Translations under genes and position numbers: made by a program
The notes under the pieces: model-generated
What the model saw: the letters and a program-made list of their open reading frames with translations, nothing else
Database searches by the model: none
What the model was told of the DNA's origin: nothing
From: Amoeboradix gromovi X-113
Taxonomy: Eukaryota; Fungi; Sanchytriomycota
Direction: 5' to 3'
Length of the DNA: 17,275 nt
NCBI GenBank assembly: GCA_018985225.1
Contig: JADGIF010000148.1
Coordinates: 1-17,275 of the forward strand
Shown here: one piece after another, positions 17,199 to 17,275 of the stretch
Numbering within the stretch: the first letter of the stretch is position 1
Layout of the letters: each line of letters starts with the position of its first letter

Positions 17199-17275
17199 CT
17201 TTCCAAGCTTATTAAAGCTCCTAGTTTACTAAAAATCAAGACTTTCCACATAAATTGAAAAAGCCAGTCGCCTGC
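17199..17275 (-). ncRNA. Putative omega-RNA-like 3' domain / element right end, copy E (cut by window end)
   Basis: 77/77 identical to 11962-12038 in inverted orientation; the two diverge right after GGAAAG. Confidence 0.68.

Noticed and set aside
11962-17275. The 77-nt inverted pair as TIRs of one 5.3-kb transposon carrying MFS, SAMHD1 and cyclin genes
   Set aside because: The repeats are homologous to the other scaffold copies, their sharp boundary faces inward rather than outward, and no transposase lies between them.
1-17275. CRISPR array, tRNA or rRNA genes
   Set aside because: No regularly spaced repeats or cloverleaf/rRNA signatures were seen. The repeat copies are kilobases apart and on both strands.

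Overview
An AT-rich, very compact eukaryotic window with fungus/opisthokont-like gene content, the standard genetic code and almost no introns. The organism cannot be named from the sequence. It holds 13 host genes: a MEF2-type MADS-box protein, a GLUT-type sugar porter, CWC15, KTI12, an IPI3/WDR18-like WD40 protein, an RRN6/TAF1C-like protein, SSU72, COQ6, a Med18-like protein, an SGLT-like Na+/solute symporter, an SLC18/VMAT-like MFS transporter split by a 19-nt GT-AG intron, a SAMHD1-like dNTPase and a small Pcl-type cyclin. The main unexplained signal is intergenic: most larger spacers contain a decayed Fanzor2/IS607-TnpB-like C-terminal fragment and/or a conserved, structured ~100-190 nt element resembling an omega (guide) RNA scaffold. 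There are five clear copies (1-105 +, 8921-9054 +, ~11845-12038 +, 15821-15927 -, 17199-17275 -) and one divergent candidate (ending at 7417 +). All end at AG followed by unrelated flank, and the stems show compensatory changes while the adjacent protein is ruined. Two copies are identical over 77 nt. All homology calls are by eye from motifs, with no database search.
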